From positions 11,924 through 64,771 of the forward strand of contig JABGOS010000079.1 in assembly GCA_018645265.1 (NCBI GenBank): a DNA stretch of 52,848 nucleotides, written 5' to 3'. Source of the stretch: Deltaproteobacteria bacterium. GTDB taxonomy: Bacteria; UBA10199; 2-02-FULL-44-16; JAAZCA01. Within the stretch, counting starts at the first letter, position 1. Each line of letters opens with the position of its first letter. Shown here one piece after another: positions 37,224-47,107 of the stretch. Made by a program: the position numbers and the translations under genes. The notes below the pieces were generated by a model. The model was not told the DNA's origin, searched no databases, and worked only from the letters and a program-made list of their open reading frames with translations.

Positions 37224-39158
37224 ATGGGCAAGAATCTGGTTCAGAAAATCTTGGAAGCGCACCTGAAAGAGGGAGAGTTAAAGGTTGGCGAGGAGGTCGG
37301 TATTCGTATCGATCAGACGCTAACGCAGGATGCAACAGGAACTATGGCCTATCTGCAGTTTGAGGCGATGGGGCTCACCGAGGTCAAAACGGATCTTTCC
37401 GTTTCATACGTAGATCACAATACGGTGCAGGTGGGTTTTGAAAACGCTGATGATCATGCCTATTTACAGAGTGTAGCAGCAAAATATGGCATCGTCTTTT
37501 CAAGGCCTGGAAATGGCATATGTCATCAGGTGCATTTGGAGCGATTTGGAAAGCCCGGAACTACGATGATTGGAAGCGATTCACATACGCCTACCGGCGG
37601 AGGAATTGGCCAGATAGCGATCGGTGCAGGTGGTTTGGATGTTGCTGTGGCTATGGGAGGAGGATTCTTCTATCTCCCAGCTCCGAAAGTTTACAAGGTT
37701 AACCTGACTGGTGAATTGAAACCGTGGATTACTGCCAAGGATGTTATTCTCGAGATGCTTGAGACCCTTAGTACGAAGGGTAATGTTGGCGTTATATTGG
37801 AATATGGTGGTCCAGGTATGGCGACGCTTACGGTTCCAGAGAGAGCGACCATTACGAATATGGGTGCTGAGATGGGTGTTACCACATCTATCTTTCCATC
37901 GGATGACGAAACCAGAAAATTCCTCAAGGCTCAGGGTCGCGAGGGGGATTGGGTTGAGTTAGGCCCGGATGGGGATGCTACATATGATCGTCAGATAGAT
38001 ATCAATCTTTCAGAAATTGAGCCGCTGACGGCAGCGCCCCATAGCCCAGGCAATATAAAGAAGGTATCCGAGCTTGCTGGAATGAAGGTTGATCAGGTCC
38101 TGATAGGTTCCTGTACTAACTCTTCTTATAAAGACCTCGTTACGGCTGCAAAAATTTTAAAGGGCAGGAAGGTTCATCCCAAAGTGAGTCTGGGAGTTGC
38201 TCCCGGTTCGCGCCAGGTGATGCAGATGCTCGCCAAGGAAGGATATCTTGCCGATCTTATCGAATCAGGTGCTAGAATTTTGGAGAGCGCCTGCGGTTTC
38301 TGTATTGGAAATTCAGTATCACCAGGATCTGGAAAGGTATCGATCAGAACCAGCAATAGGAACTTTGAAGGCAGAAGCGGCACGAAGGATGCTCAGGTCT
38401 ACCTGACGAGTTGCGAGGTGGCTGCTGCTGCTGCAATCGAAGGCGAATTTGCAGATCCTCGGAAGCTGGGTTTGGAATATCCGAGCATAATGATGCCGGA
38501 ACAATATGTTATAGATGACAGCATGTTTATCTTTCCGGCGCCGAAGCTCAAGGATGCCGTCATTGTTCGTGGTCCGAATATCGGTGAGCCTCCCAGAAAT
38601 GAAAAGCTTCCTCAGGATCTAAAAGGTGAGGTGATGTTGAAGGTTGGGGATAAGATTACTACAGATCACATCATGCCGGCTGGTCCGCGTCTAAAATACC
38701 GTTCTAATGTGAAGAAATATTCCACGTTCGTCTTTGAAAATGTAGATTCGGCATTTCACGAGCGTTGTTCAAAAAATAGAGATTCCGGAATCCATAATAT
38801 CATAGTAGCTGGTGAATCTTACGGGCAGGGGTCGAGCCGTGAACATGCGGCGCTGTGTCCTATGTATCTTGGAGTGAAGGCTGTGGTTGCAAGGTCTCTC
38901 GAAAGGATCCATGCCGCCAACTTAGTCAACTTTGGGATCGTGCCTCTGACTTTCAAAAACCCGGCTGATCATGATGTTATCTCCCAGGGAGATTCCCTTG
39001 AAGTTGTGAATTTGCGCGGTGCTATTGAGAAGGGCGAAGTGGTGAAACTCATGGATAAGACGAATGGAAAGACCATTGAATGTGATGCGAATCTGTCGGA
39101 GAGGCAAAGAGGAATTGTTCTTGCCGGTGGGCTCTTAAACTATACCAATTCGAATTAG
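37224..39158 (+). CDS. acnA: Aconitate hydratase (short ~640-aa type)
   Basis: TQDATGT, DHN, GICHQVH, SDSHT, IGSCTN, CGFCIG, NRNFEGR, TTDHI.PAG, YGQGSSREHAA. Confidence 0.9.
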   Translation: MGKNLVQKILEAHLKEGELKVGEEVGIRIDQTLTQDATGTMAYLQFEAMGLTEVKTDLSVSYVDHNTVQVGFENADDHAYLQSVAAKYGIVFSRPGNGICHQVHLERFGKPGTTMIGSDSHTPTGGGIGQIAIGAGGLDVAVAMGGGFFYLPAPKVYKVNLTGELKPWITAKDVILEMLETLSTKGNVGVILEYGGPGMATLTVPERATITNMGAEMGVTTSIFPSDDETRKFLKAQGREGDWVELGPDGDATYDRQIDINLSEIEPLTAAPHSPGNIKKVSELAGMKVDQVLIGSCTNSSYKDLVTAAKILKGRKVHPKVSLGVAPGSRQVMQMLAKEGYLADLIESGARILESACGFCIGNSVSPGSGKVSIRTSNRNFEGRSGTKDAQVYLTSCEVAAAAAIEGEFADPRKLGLEYPSIMMPEQYVIDDSMFIFPAPKLKDAVIVRGPNIGEPPRNEKLPQDLKGEVMLKVGDKITTDHIMPAGPRLKYRSNVKKYSTFVFENVDSAFHERCSKNRDSGIHNIIVAGESYGQGSSREHAALCPMYLGVKAVVARSLERIHAANLVNFGIVPLTFKNPADHDVISQGDSLEVVNLRGAIEKGEVVKLMDKTNGKTIECDANLSERQRGIVLAGGLLNYTNSN

Positions 39159-39198
39159 ATTTTATAGTTCAAAAACTGGAAGATAATTTGTAGTTTTT

Positions 39199-39230
39199 AA
39201 CGCATAACGTACAGCGCATAGCGCAATGCG
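39199..39230. repeat. Degenerate heptamer tandem repeat
   Basis: AACGCAT AACGTAC AGCGCAT AGCGCAA TGCG abutting the aclB RBS. Confidence 0.6.
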
Positions 39231-39238
39231 GAGGTTTT

Positions 39239-40504
39239 ATGGCAATAAAAGGTATTCGAGAATATGATGCGAAGAGGATGCTTGCCGATTTTTTGAAGGC
39301 CGGCTCCGTGGGGAAATGCAGTTATGATGGTAAGGTTGCTCTCATAACTCCTGAAACTGACTTCGGTTCCCTTGAAAAGGTTAACCCATGGTTGGCTGAG
39401 GAGAAGCTCGTCGCGAAGCCAGATCAACTCTTCGGAAAACGCGGAAAACATGGCCTCCTTCTGATCGATGCTGACTGGAAAGGCGTTCAGAAGTGGGTGA
39501 AGGAACGCATGAATAAAGGAACGAAGGTTGGTGAGATAGAGGGCATGCTCACTCATTTTCTGGTCGAACCTTTTACGCCTCATGCTGAGGATGAGGAGTG
39601 GTATGTCGCCATCCGTGATGAGCGTGAGAATGATGTTATTTATTTTTCGACGAAGGGTGGAATCTTTGTTGAGGAAAATTGGGATAAGGTGAAGCATATA
39701 AAGGTCCCGATTCTAGGCGGTATAGATAAAGTCGATTTGGATTCGGAACTTGCTGATGTAGGCTCAAAAAAGTCGGAAGTTGTAGCCTTCGTAAAGGCCC
39801 TCTACAATTTCTATGCTGAAAATGGTTTCTCCTATCTTGAGATAAATCCATTTACGTTCGATAAGAGCGGCGGAATTGTACCTCTGGATATGGTGGCGAA
39901 GGTTGATGATACTGCGGCGTTCGATTGCAGAAACACGTGGAGTGGGCTTGAGTTTCCAAAGGCTTTCGGCTCAACATCATCAAAAGAGGAAGAATACGTA
40001 AAGTACCTTGATGAACAGAGCGGCGCTTCGTTAAAGCTTACGATTTTGAATCCCACGGGTCGCGTTTGGACGATGGTTGCGGGTGGCGGTGCCTCTGTAA
40101 TATATTCCGATACCGTTTGCGATATAGGGTTTTCAAAGGAACTCGCTAATTACGGTGAATACTCCGGGGATCCATCGAGAGAACTTACTTACGAGTATGC
40201 GAAGACACTTTTGGATCTTATGACTCGTGAAAAAGATCCAAATGGTAAGTTTTTATTGATAGGTGGTGGTATAGCGAATTTTACCGATGTGGCGAAGACC
40301 TTCACCGGAATTATTCAAGCCCTTACCGAATACAAGAAGAAGCTTATCGATCACAACATTAAGATATATGTTCGCCGTGGTGGTCCAAACTACAAGGAGG
40401 GGCTCACCAAAATGCGTGCATTAGGCGATACGTTGGGCCTTCCAATTGAGGTTTATGGACCCGAGACACACATGACTAAGATTGTTTCCTTGGCGCTGAA
40501 ATAA
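39239..40504 (+). CDS. aclB: ATP citrate lyase beta subunit
   Basis: IREYDAK, VAKPDQLFGKRGK, LEINP, MVAGGGASV, NYGEYSG, GGGIANFTDVA, RRGGPNY. Confidence 0.95.
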   Translation: MAIKGIREYDAKRMLADFLKAGSVGKCSYDGKVALITPETDFGSLEKVNPWLAEEKLVAKPDQLFGKRGKHGLLLIDADWKGVQKWVKERMNKGTKVGEIEGMLTHFLVEPFTPHAEDEEWYVAIRDERENDVIYFSTKGGIFVEENWDKVKHIKVPILGGIDKVDLDSELADVGSKKSEVVAFVKALYNFYAENGFSYLEINPFTFDKSGGIVPLDMVAKVDDTAAFDCRNTWSGLEFPKAFGSTSSKEEEYVKYLDEQSGASLKLTILNPTGRVWTMVAGGGASVIYSDTVCDIGFSKELANYGEYSGDPSRELTYEYAKTLLDLMTREKDPNGKFLLIGGGIANFTDVAKTFTGIIQALTEYKKKLIDHNIKIYVRRGGPNYKEGLTKMRALGDTLGLPIEVYGPETHMTKIVSLALK

Positions 40505-40517
40505 TTACGGAGGAGTT

Positions 40518-42353
40518 ATGAATCCCGCAGAAATATTTTCGAAAGATACTGTATCAATAGTCTATGGTTATCAGCAGAATGCCATCCAGAGGATGTTGGA
40601 CTTCGATGCTGCATGTGGTCGCGAAAGGCCATCGGTCGCTGCTATAGTAAATCCGTCACGTGCGGGTTTGCATAAGGTCTTTTTTGGAAGGAATGAGATA
40701 CTCCTCCCGATGTATAAGACTCTCAAAGAGGCAACGGAGAAACATTCCGACGCGGATGTGATCGTGAACTTCTCATCCCAAAGGAGTGCCTTTCCAACTA
40801 CGATGGAAGCGTTGGAGAATCCGAACATAAGAACGGTTGCGGTTATAGCGGAGGGTGTGCCTGAGAGAAAGGCTCGTATTCTGGCAGCGACAGCAAAATC
40901 TAAGGGCAAGTGGATTATAGGACCAGCCACAGTCGGTGGTCTTAAGGCAGGTTGCTTTAAGATTGGAAATACGGCGGGAACGATCGATAATATAATCGAA
41001 TCAAAGCTTCATCGTCCGGGTAGCGTGGGTTTCGTTTCAAAGTCAGGTGGTCTTTCGAATGAGTGTTACAATATCATCGCCCGTAATACTGATGGCCTAT
41101 ATGAGGGGATTGCGATAGGTGGCGATTCCTATCCTGGTTCCACACTCCTGGAACATATCCTTAGATATGAGCAGATTCCAGAGGTCAAGATGATCGCGGC
41201 TCTAGGTGAAATCGGTGGAACCGAGGAATTGAAAATCGTAGATGCTCTCAAAGAGGGTAAAATTAAAAAACCTTTGGTGATCTGGGTGACGGGAACCTGT
41301 TCGAAGATGTTTCCTGCGGGTGTTCAGTTCGGACATGCTGGCGCCAAGGCGGATTCCGCTTTGGAAACTGCTGATGCGAAGAATGAGGCTCTCAATAAAG
41401 CTGGGGCCGTGGTGCCAGAGTCGTTTGATGACTACGGAGCTGCGATCAAAGGAGCCTATGATAAGCTGGTTACTGATGGAGTTATTAAGCCAGCTGAGGA
41501 AATTTCTGTTCCTAATTTTCCAATGGATTACAATCAGGCCGTTAAGGAGGGAAGGATAAGAAAGCCCTCCCAGTTTATCTGTACAATTTCAAACGAGAAG
41601 GGTGAGGAGCTCCTATATAATGGTGTTCCAATCTCCGAGGTTATAAATGAAGGCTATGGAATAGGTGGGGTGATCGGACTTCTCTGGTTTAAGAAAAATC
41701 TTCCCGATTTTGCCAGGAAATTTCTCGATATCGTCCTGATGCTTACCGCCGATCATGGTCCCGCAGTCTCTGGCGCGCATAACGCCATTGTGGCTGCGAG
41801 GGCGAACAAGGATATTATATCGTCACTCGTATCAGGCCTTCTCACAATTGGACCTCGCTTTGGCGGTGCCATCGATGGTGCGGCACAGGGATTCAAGGCC
41901 GCTGTGGAATCGGGTATGACTCCTGAGGAGTATATCGTTTCGATGAAGAAGAAAGGTGTTAATATCCAAGGTATCGGCCATAGGGTCAAAAGCGTTACAA
42001 ATCCTGATATGCGAGTTACCCTTCTCAAGAAGTTCGTCAAAGAAACATTCAAGGAAACTAAACTGTTGGATTATGCCCTCGAGGTTGAGGCTATAACAAC
42101 TCAGAAGAAGGGTAATTTAATTCTCAATGTCGATGGCTGTATAGGCATTACCTTTGTCGATCTACTTTGGTCTCTCCCAGATCTGTTTTCGAAAAAGGAG
42201 GTGGACGAGATTATCGATATGGGGTGCTTGAACGCTCTCTTCGTCGTCGGGCGTTCCATGGGTATTTTCGGCCACATTTTCGACCAGAAGAGACTTAAAC
42301 AACCTCTGTATAGAACGCCATATGATGAAATAGCTTATATGTCTGACGAGTAA
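40518..42353 (+). CDS. aclA: ATP citrate lyase alpha subunit
   Basis: IIGPATVGG, SKSGG, QFGHAGA phospho-His, ADHGPAVSGAHN, GIGHRVKS, LILNVDG. Confidence 0.95.
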   Translation: MNPAEIFSKDTVSIVYGYQQNAIQRMLDFDAACGRERPSVAAIVNPSRAGLHKVFFGRNEILLPMYKTLKEATEKHSDADVIVNFSSQRSAFPTTMEALENPNIRTVAVIAEGVPERKARILAATAKSKGKWIIGPATVGGLKAGCFKIGNTAGTIDNIIESKLHRPGSVGFVSKSGGLSNECYNIIARNTDGLYEGIAIGGDSYPGSTLLEHILRYEQIPEVKMIAALGEIGGTEELKIVDALKEGKIKKPLVIWVTGTCSKMFPAGVQFGHAGAKADSALETADAKNEALNKAGAVVPESFDDYGAAIKGAYDKLVTDGVIKPAEEISVPNFPMDYNQAVKEGRIRKPSQFICTISNEKGEELLYNGVPISEVINEGYGIGGVIGLLWFKKNLPDFARKFLDIVLMLTADHGPAVSGAHNAIVAARANKDIISSLVSGLLTIGPRFGGAIDGAAQGFKAAVESGMTPEEYIVSMKKKGVNIQGIGHRVKSVTNPDMRVTLLKKFVKETFKETKLLDYALEVEAITTQKKGNLILNVDGCIGITFVDLLWSLPDLFSKKEVDEIIDMGCLNALFVVGRSMGIFGHIFDQKRLKQPLYRTPYDEIAYMSDE

Positions 42354-42364
42354 AATAATACGAT

Positions 42365-42397
42365 GGGCCGCGGGATAGTAACCGCGGCCCTTTTTTT
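42365..42397 (+). terminator. Intrinsic terminator after aclA
   Basis: GGGCCGCGG-GATAGTAA-CCGCGGCCC followed by T7. Confidence 0.9.
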
Positions 42398-42404
42398 ATT
42401 CAAA

Positions 42405-43166
42405 ATGTTGCTAAAACGACTTAGTGAATTATCCAGATATACAAAATGGATTTTCCTCTTTGGATTATTTCTATTCGCCATATCGTATTTCATGAAGGAT
42501 GGCCTACCTGGGCAGAATGAAATTGATTCACGACTTCTTCTAAAACCCATTCAAAAGGAAACTGCCAAGGAGCCATTTGGCGTGAAGTTCGATGATAAGC
42601 TCTATTCTATAAAACCGAAATACCGTTACGATCTTTATGGCCTTATCGTCAGTGCGCGCGATCTCAATAAGACGTGGTACAATATCGATTATGAGAATGA
42701 TCCATTTAATATCAAAGATCTCTGCGTGATTTGGGGAGGTAATCTCGCCAGCTCAGATTTTAGGAGGATCGAATACAGTTCCGGATTATGGACCTGTTAT
42801 ATCAGGTATCCTGCCGGTGTGACATTCGTGGAGGATGCACTGTCCAATAACCATCTCCTGCCAAGCACGCCTGAAATATCCAAAAAGTTGAGCAAGGCGG
42901 GAATAGGGGATCAAATCCACTTTAGAGGATATCTCGTTGACTATCTGGTTGAGGGTAGTTTTGGGGAGAGAAGATCGAGCACTAATAGGCATGATAGGGG
43001 TAACGGTGCTTGTGAAGTTGTTTACGTGGAAGATTTTCAAATCATAAAAAACGGAAATGTAGTTTGGGAGTTCTTATACTCATTATCGAAATATATTATT
43101 TTGTTTGCTATAGTTGTTTGGGTCTATTTTAATCTCATGAATACGCCGACACACTTGAGGAGGTAG
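42405..43166 (+). CDS. Hypothetical membrane-anchored protein
   Basis: N- and C-terminal TM segments; DLCVIWG, SNNHL and R.D.GNGACE look like conserved motifs; start moved past the terminator. Confidence 0.7.
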   Translation: MLLKRLSELSRYTKWIFLFGLFLFAISYFMKDGLPGQNEIDSRLLLKPIQKETAKEPFGVKFDDKLYSIKPKYRYDLYGLIVSARDLNKTWYNIDYENDPFNIKDLCVIWGGNLASSDFRRIEYSSGLWTCYIRYPAGVTFVEDALSNNHLLPSTPEISKKLSKAGIGDQIHFRGYLVDYLVEGSFGERRSSTNRHDRGNGACEVVYVEDFQIIKNGNVVWEFLYSLSKYIILFAIVVWVYFNLMNTPTHLRR

Positions 43167-43171
43167 ATAAT

Positions 43172-43882
43172 ATGAGAGCTTTGATACTGGACAATGCTAT
43201 CGATCACGATGTCTACAAACCAATCGGCCATTGGAAAAAATTTCTCAAGATGCCATTTGATTCATTTCATGCATCAGCGGGAGAGCTCCCTGGCGATATC
43301 TCTCAGTATACGCACATCATAATTACTGGCTCTGAGGATTCTATCACAGAGGAGAGGGGATGGATCGGTGCGGAGGAGCTGCTTGTAAAAAAGGCGGTTG
43401 AGGATGGCAAGGCTGTGCTGGGTAGCTGCTATGGGCATCAGCTCTTAGCGAAGTCGCTCTTTGGAAAGAAGGTTGTTGGTAAGAGCGAAACTCCCGAGCT
43501 CGGTTGGGATTATCTGGAGGTCATTCGAAATGATCAACTCTTTGGCGATGCGGGAAACTTGCTGCCGGCACTTTTAATTCATTTTGATGAGGTGAAGGAT
43601 TTGCCCGAGGATTACGTTGATGTCATATCCACAACGAAGGGATGCCGAATACAGGCCTTTAAATTAAAGGGTTTGCCAGTGTGGGGCGTTCAATCTCATC
43701 CTGAAATAGATGTGAAGGAGGGGCAGGCTACTTTTGAGCGCATGATCGCAAAGGCTGAAAAGGAGAATTCACCTCGTCTGAATCTTTTTCTTAAAGCACG
43801 TGATTCAGTTCCAAAGGAAGCTGGTTGGTTTGATGGTTTTATGAAGAAGTTTCAGGAGATCAGCGTCTCCATCTCCTCTTGA
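43172..43882 (+). CDS. Class I glutamine amidotransferase (GMP-synthase-like, stand-alone)
   Basis: IIITGS, LGSCYGHQL, GVQSHPE. Confidence 0.9.
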   Translation: MRALILDNAIDHDVYKPIGHWKKFLKMPFDSFHASAGELPGDISQYTHIIITGSEDSITEERGWIGAEELLVKKAVEDGKAVLGSCYGHQLLAKSLFGKKVVGKSETPELGWDYLEVIRNDQLFGDAGNLLPALLIHFDEVKDLPEDYVDVISTTKGCRIQAFKLKGLPVWGVQSHPEIDVKEGQATFERMIAKAEKENSPRLNLFLKARDSVPKEAGWFDGFMKKFQEISVSISS

Positions 43883-44222
43883 TGATATCCCTCATCTTGC
43901 GATGTCGGGTGATGCCTTCGCAGCCGAAAACTTTTCTACATTCATGTGGTTTGACCGGGTGGATGTCGCACTCCCCCTTTTTGTTAAAGAAGATGCATTC
44001 GGTAGTACCTACCTTCTGTGCGGGTGATAGGGCGTAGGTGTTGTCCTCGAGGTGCTCATTGCAGTATTTATTGATAAATTCAGGTTCTGTGAGACTAAAA
44101 AAAGCTGCTGCGGTTGCAATTTCATCCGGCATGAACCACCCCGGCTCGCGCTTGCAGCATTCCTTGCACTTGTCACATGTGCAGCCCTGCCTCTTCTGCT
44201 TTCTAACGAGTTTCTTTTCCAT
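43860..44222 (-). CDS. YkgJ family cysteine-cluster protein
   Basis: C..C..CC, CIF.....C.IH..KP.EC. Confidence 0.88.
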   Translation of the reverse strand: MEKKLVRKQKRQGCTCDKCKECCKREPGWFMPDEIATAAAFFSLTEPEFINKYCNEHLEDNTYALSPAQKVGTTECIFFNKKGECDIHPVKPHECRKVFGCEGITRHRKMRDIIKRRWRR

Positions 44223-44906
44223 TTATTCTCTTTCTCCAAAAATTGCCGTTCCAACGCGCACGATAGTAGCTCCCTCTTCAATTGCCACCTCAAAGTCGTG
44301 GCTCATTCCCATTGAAAGTTCGGAATAACGAGTTGCTGGGCTCAACTCTTTATTTAAGACCATCAGCAGGTGGTTCAATTTTAGGAAATATGGCCTGCTC
44401 TTCTCTGGGTCAGGATTGTATGGTGGAATAGTCATCAGTCCACGAAGCCTTAGGTTCGGAAGGGATTCAATATGTCTGGCAATATCTACGAGGTTGTTCT
44501 CATCGGTGCCGGATTTGGAAAGCTCCCCTCCAACATTAACTTCGATTAGGCAATCGATGGGGGCGGGTGCACGCTTATTTAGGGTGTCGGCGAGTTCAAC
44601 GGAATCTACTGATTCAACGAGGTTTACAGTAGGTGCAACATATTTTGCCTTATTCTTCTGAAGGTGCCCGATAAAGTGCCAGTTTATCTCTAACTCATTG
44701 AGATCATTAGACTTCTCTTTGAGTTCCTGAGCATAATTTTCACCAAATGTGCGCTGTCCAGCCTCATAAGCCTCTCGAATGAGGGATGATGGCTTGAACT
44801 TCGATACCGCAACTAGTGTTACAGATCTTGAATCCCTGCCATGCTGGTCACAGCGTTCCTTAATTCGTTTGCGTATCTCCCTGAGATTTTTGGCTATATC
44901 AGTCAT
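44223..44906 (-). CDS. yggS: PLP homeostasis protein
   Basis: LVAVSK, FGENYAQE, WHFIGHLQ.NK, LSMGMS.DFE.AIEEGAT.VRVGTAIFG. Confidence 0.96.
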   Translation of the reverse strand: MTDIAKNLREIRKRIKERCDQHGRDSRSVTLVAVSKFKPSSLIREAYEAGQRTFGENYAQELKEKSNDLNELEINWHFIGHLQKNKAKYVAPTVNLVESVDSVELADTLNKRAPAPIDCLIEVNVGGELSKSGTDENNLVDIARHIESLPNLRLRGLMTIPPYNPDPEKSRPYFLKLNHLLMVLNKELSPATRYSELSMGMSHDFEVAIEEGATIVRVGTAIFGERE

Positions 44907-44969
44907 AGGTCATCATTTAAACACGGGTAACTCCTTGTCAACAGTGAAGAAGATCAGTATATTGGAAAC

Positions 44970-45503
44970 ATGTTAATCAGGGGGAAGATAGTCATTATTT
45001 TGACGTTCGTTGCTTTATTTTTCACAACATGTGTTTTTGGCCCCAATCGTTCCACCGGAGTAGTCTCATACCGAGATGATCGTGTCTATCTGAGGAATTT
45101 GGATCATTTTCAGGTTGGGCAGTTGCCAGGGGGCTGGGAGCGTATGAGGACTCGCGTCAGAACCATCACTTTTTATAACGAGGGTTTGGGATCTACGATA
45201 TCTACGGATGCTTATTGTGGCAAGAACGTTGAAGCGCGGCTGCTTGATTCCTTGAGCGGCGATATCCTCAACGCCTTCGATAAAAAACAGGTCATAAGTG
45301 AGAAGGAATTTGATTTGGATGGGCGGGGAGCTGTGCGTCAGCTAATTGCAGGTGAGTTGGATGGAGTAGCTGTGACCGTTGATTTGGTGATAGTCAGAAA
45401 GAATGAATGCGTTTTTGATTTCTATTCCGTATCTGAAGGTGGAATTTCACCGGAGACTACCAATGCCTTTGAGCTTTTTTTCGAAGGTTTTCACTACGAA
45501 TAA
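44970..45503 (+). CDS. Putative lipoprotein preceding mlaEFD
   Basis: Hydrophobic N-terminus ending TTC; first gene of operon. Confidence 0.65.
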   Translation: MLIRGKIVIILTFVALFFTTCVFGPNRSTGVVSYRDDRVYLRNLDHFQVGQLPGGWERMRTRVRTITFYNEGLGSTISTDAYCGKNVEARLLDSLSGDILNAFDKKQVISEKEFDLDGRGAVRQLIAGELDGVAVTVDLVIVRKNECVFDFYSVSEGGISPETTNAFELFFEGFHYE

Positions 45504-45517
45504 TTTACATTTAAACT

Positions 45518-46330
45518 ATGGCATCAAGTGCTGATAAAATTAATTCAAGGTTGCACCTTACCTTTCTGGAACTGACGGGGCGTCGTATTCTCTCGATGTT
45601 GAGGATTGTCGGTGGCGTATCGTCATTGGCTATAAACTCCGTCAGGGTTCTCTTTACTTATAAACTTGCGGGCAATGAGGTTGTTCAGCAGTTCGTGGCC
45701 ATCGGAAATAAGTCTTTTTCTATCGTTACGCTGATATCCTTTTTTACGGGTCTCGTTGTGGCCCTTCAGCTCTCAGTAGGTTTGGGCCGTTTCGGACTTA
45801 AGCTCTATGTAGGTACCATAGTGGGGCTTTCGATCTTCCGTGAACTTGGTCCAGTGCTAACCTCCATTATGATTGCTGCAAGGGTGGGAAGTGGTATCGC
45901 CGCTGAACTAGGTTCTATGGTCGTTACTGAACAGGTGCTGGCTATCGAAGCGATGGGTGCGAATCCGATTCAGAAACTCGTGCTCCCTCGTGTCATTGCG
46001 ACGACAGTTGCAGCACCGATCCTTACCACCATGGCAAATGCTGTAGGAGTTTTGGGGGGGATGCTTATCAGCGTTAGTGAATCTGGGGTAACCCCTAAGT
46101 TCTATTTGGATCAAGTTTCGAAATCGTTGATCCTTGAGGACTATACGAGCGGTATCATCAAGGCTGCATTTTTCGGTTTTTTTATCTCAATCATCTCCTG
46201 TTATGAGGGACTAAATACCTACGGTGGTACGGAGGGTGTTGGTAGACAGACCACCAAAGCGGTTGTTTATTCATCGATAACTATTTTTGTGTCAGATTTC
46301 TTTCTGACAAAATTGATACTGTACTTCTAG
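45518..46330 (+). CDS. mlaE: MlaE family ABC permease
   Basis: RELGPVLT, R.GSGIAAELG.M..TEQ..A, GVG..TT.AVV. Confidence 0.93.
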   Translation: MASSADKINSRLHLTFLELTGRRILSMLRIVGGVSSLAINSVRVLFTYKLAGNEVVQQFVAIGNKSFSIVTLISFFTGLVVALQLSVGLGRFGLKLYVGTIVGLSIFRELGPVLTSIMIAARVGSGIAAELGSMVVTEQVLAIEAMGANPIQKLVLPRVIATTVAAPILTTMANAVGVLGGMLISVSESGVTPKFYLDQVSKSLILEDYTSGIIKAAFFGFFISIISCYEGLNTYGGTEGVGRQTTKAVVYSSITIFVSDFFLTKLILYF

Positions 46331-46338
46331 AGGGTTGA

Positions 46339-47088
46339 ATGAAGGCAATTGTTGAATTTAAACAGATTAGGAAGACCTTTGGCGATAAAGTGGTCTTGGA
46401 GGGTGCTGATCTCGCCATTTATAAAGGTGAGACTATCACCATTATCGGCGGGTCCGGTATGGGAAAGAGCGTTTTTTTGAAACTACTTTTGGGTGTGTTC
46501 AAGCCTGATTTAGGCGATGTACTTTTCGATGGTCAGAAGATAAGCGATATGGGCGAACGCAGGTTATCCCGGATGCGAAGAAGAATAGGTATGCTGTTCC
46601 AGGGCGCGGCGCTTTTTGATTCGCTGACGGTGAGAGAGAATATAGCGTATCCTCTTCGTGAGCATTTCGAATACTCAGAGGATGAGATAAGTGAAATCGT
46701 TCGGAGTAAACTGGAGATGGTGGGGCTGCCAGGTACTGAGGAGATGATGCCTGCCGACTTGTCAGGGGGAATGAAAAAAAGAGTTGGTCTTGCACGGGCT
46801 ATAGCAACAGATCCAGACGTTATACTTTATGATGAACCAACCACAGGGTTGGATCCCGCGAATACTAAGAGAATTTGCAACCTCATACTCGAGATGCAAA
46901 AGAGGCTTAATGTTACCTCGGTTGTCGTGACGCACGATATGGATGCTGCTTTCTCGGTCACGAATAGACTTGCTATGCTCTACGACAGGAAATTTGGTTT
47001 TGTGGGTACGAGCGATGAAGCAAGGTCTTCCAAGGAACCGATCGTTCAGAATTTCATCCGCGGTGAGATGGAAACGGGTGATGGCTGA
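46339..47088 (+). CDS. mlaF: MlaF family ABC ATPase
   Basis: GGSGMGKS, LFQGAALFDS, LSGGMKKRVGLARA, YDEPTTGLDP. Confidence 0.93.
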   Translation: MKAIVEFKQIRKTFGDKVVLEGADLAIYKGETITIIGGSGMGKSVFLKLLLGVFKPDLGDVLFDGQKISDMGERRLSRMRRRIGMLFQGAALFDSLTVRENIAYPLREHFEYSEDEISEIVRSKLEMVGLPGTEEMMPADLSGGMKKRVGLARAIATDPDVILYDEPTTGLDPANTKRICNLILEMQKRLNVTSVVVTHDMDAAFSVTNRLAMLYDRKFGFVGTSDEARSSKEPIVQNFIRGEMETGDG

Positions 47089-47107
47089 TATTTGAGACGG
47101 AGGATAT

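Noticed and set aside
37091-37363. 90-aa ORF spanning the aconitase leader
   Set aside because: Overlaps aconitase out of frame and crosses a terminator-like hairpin; no family resemblance
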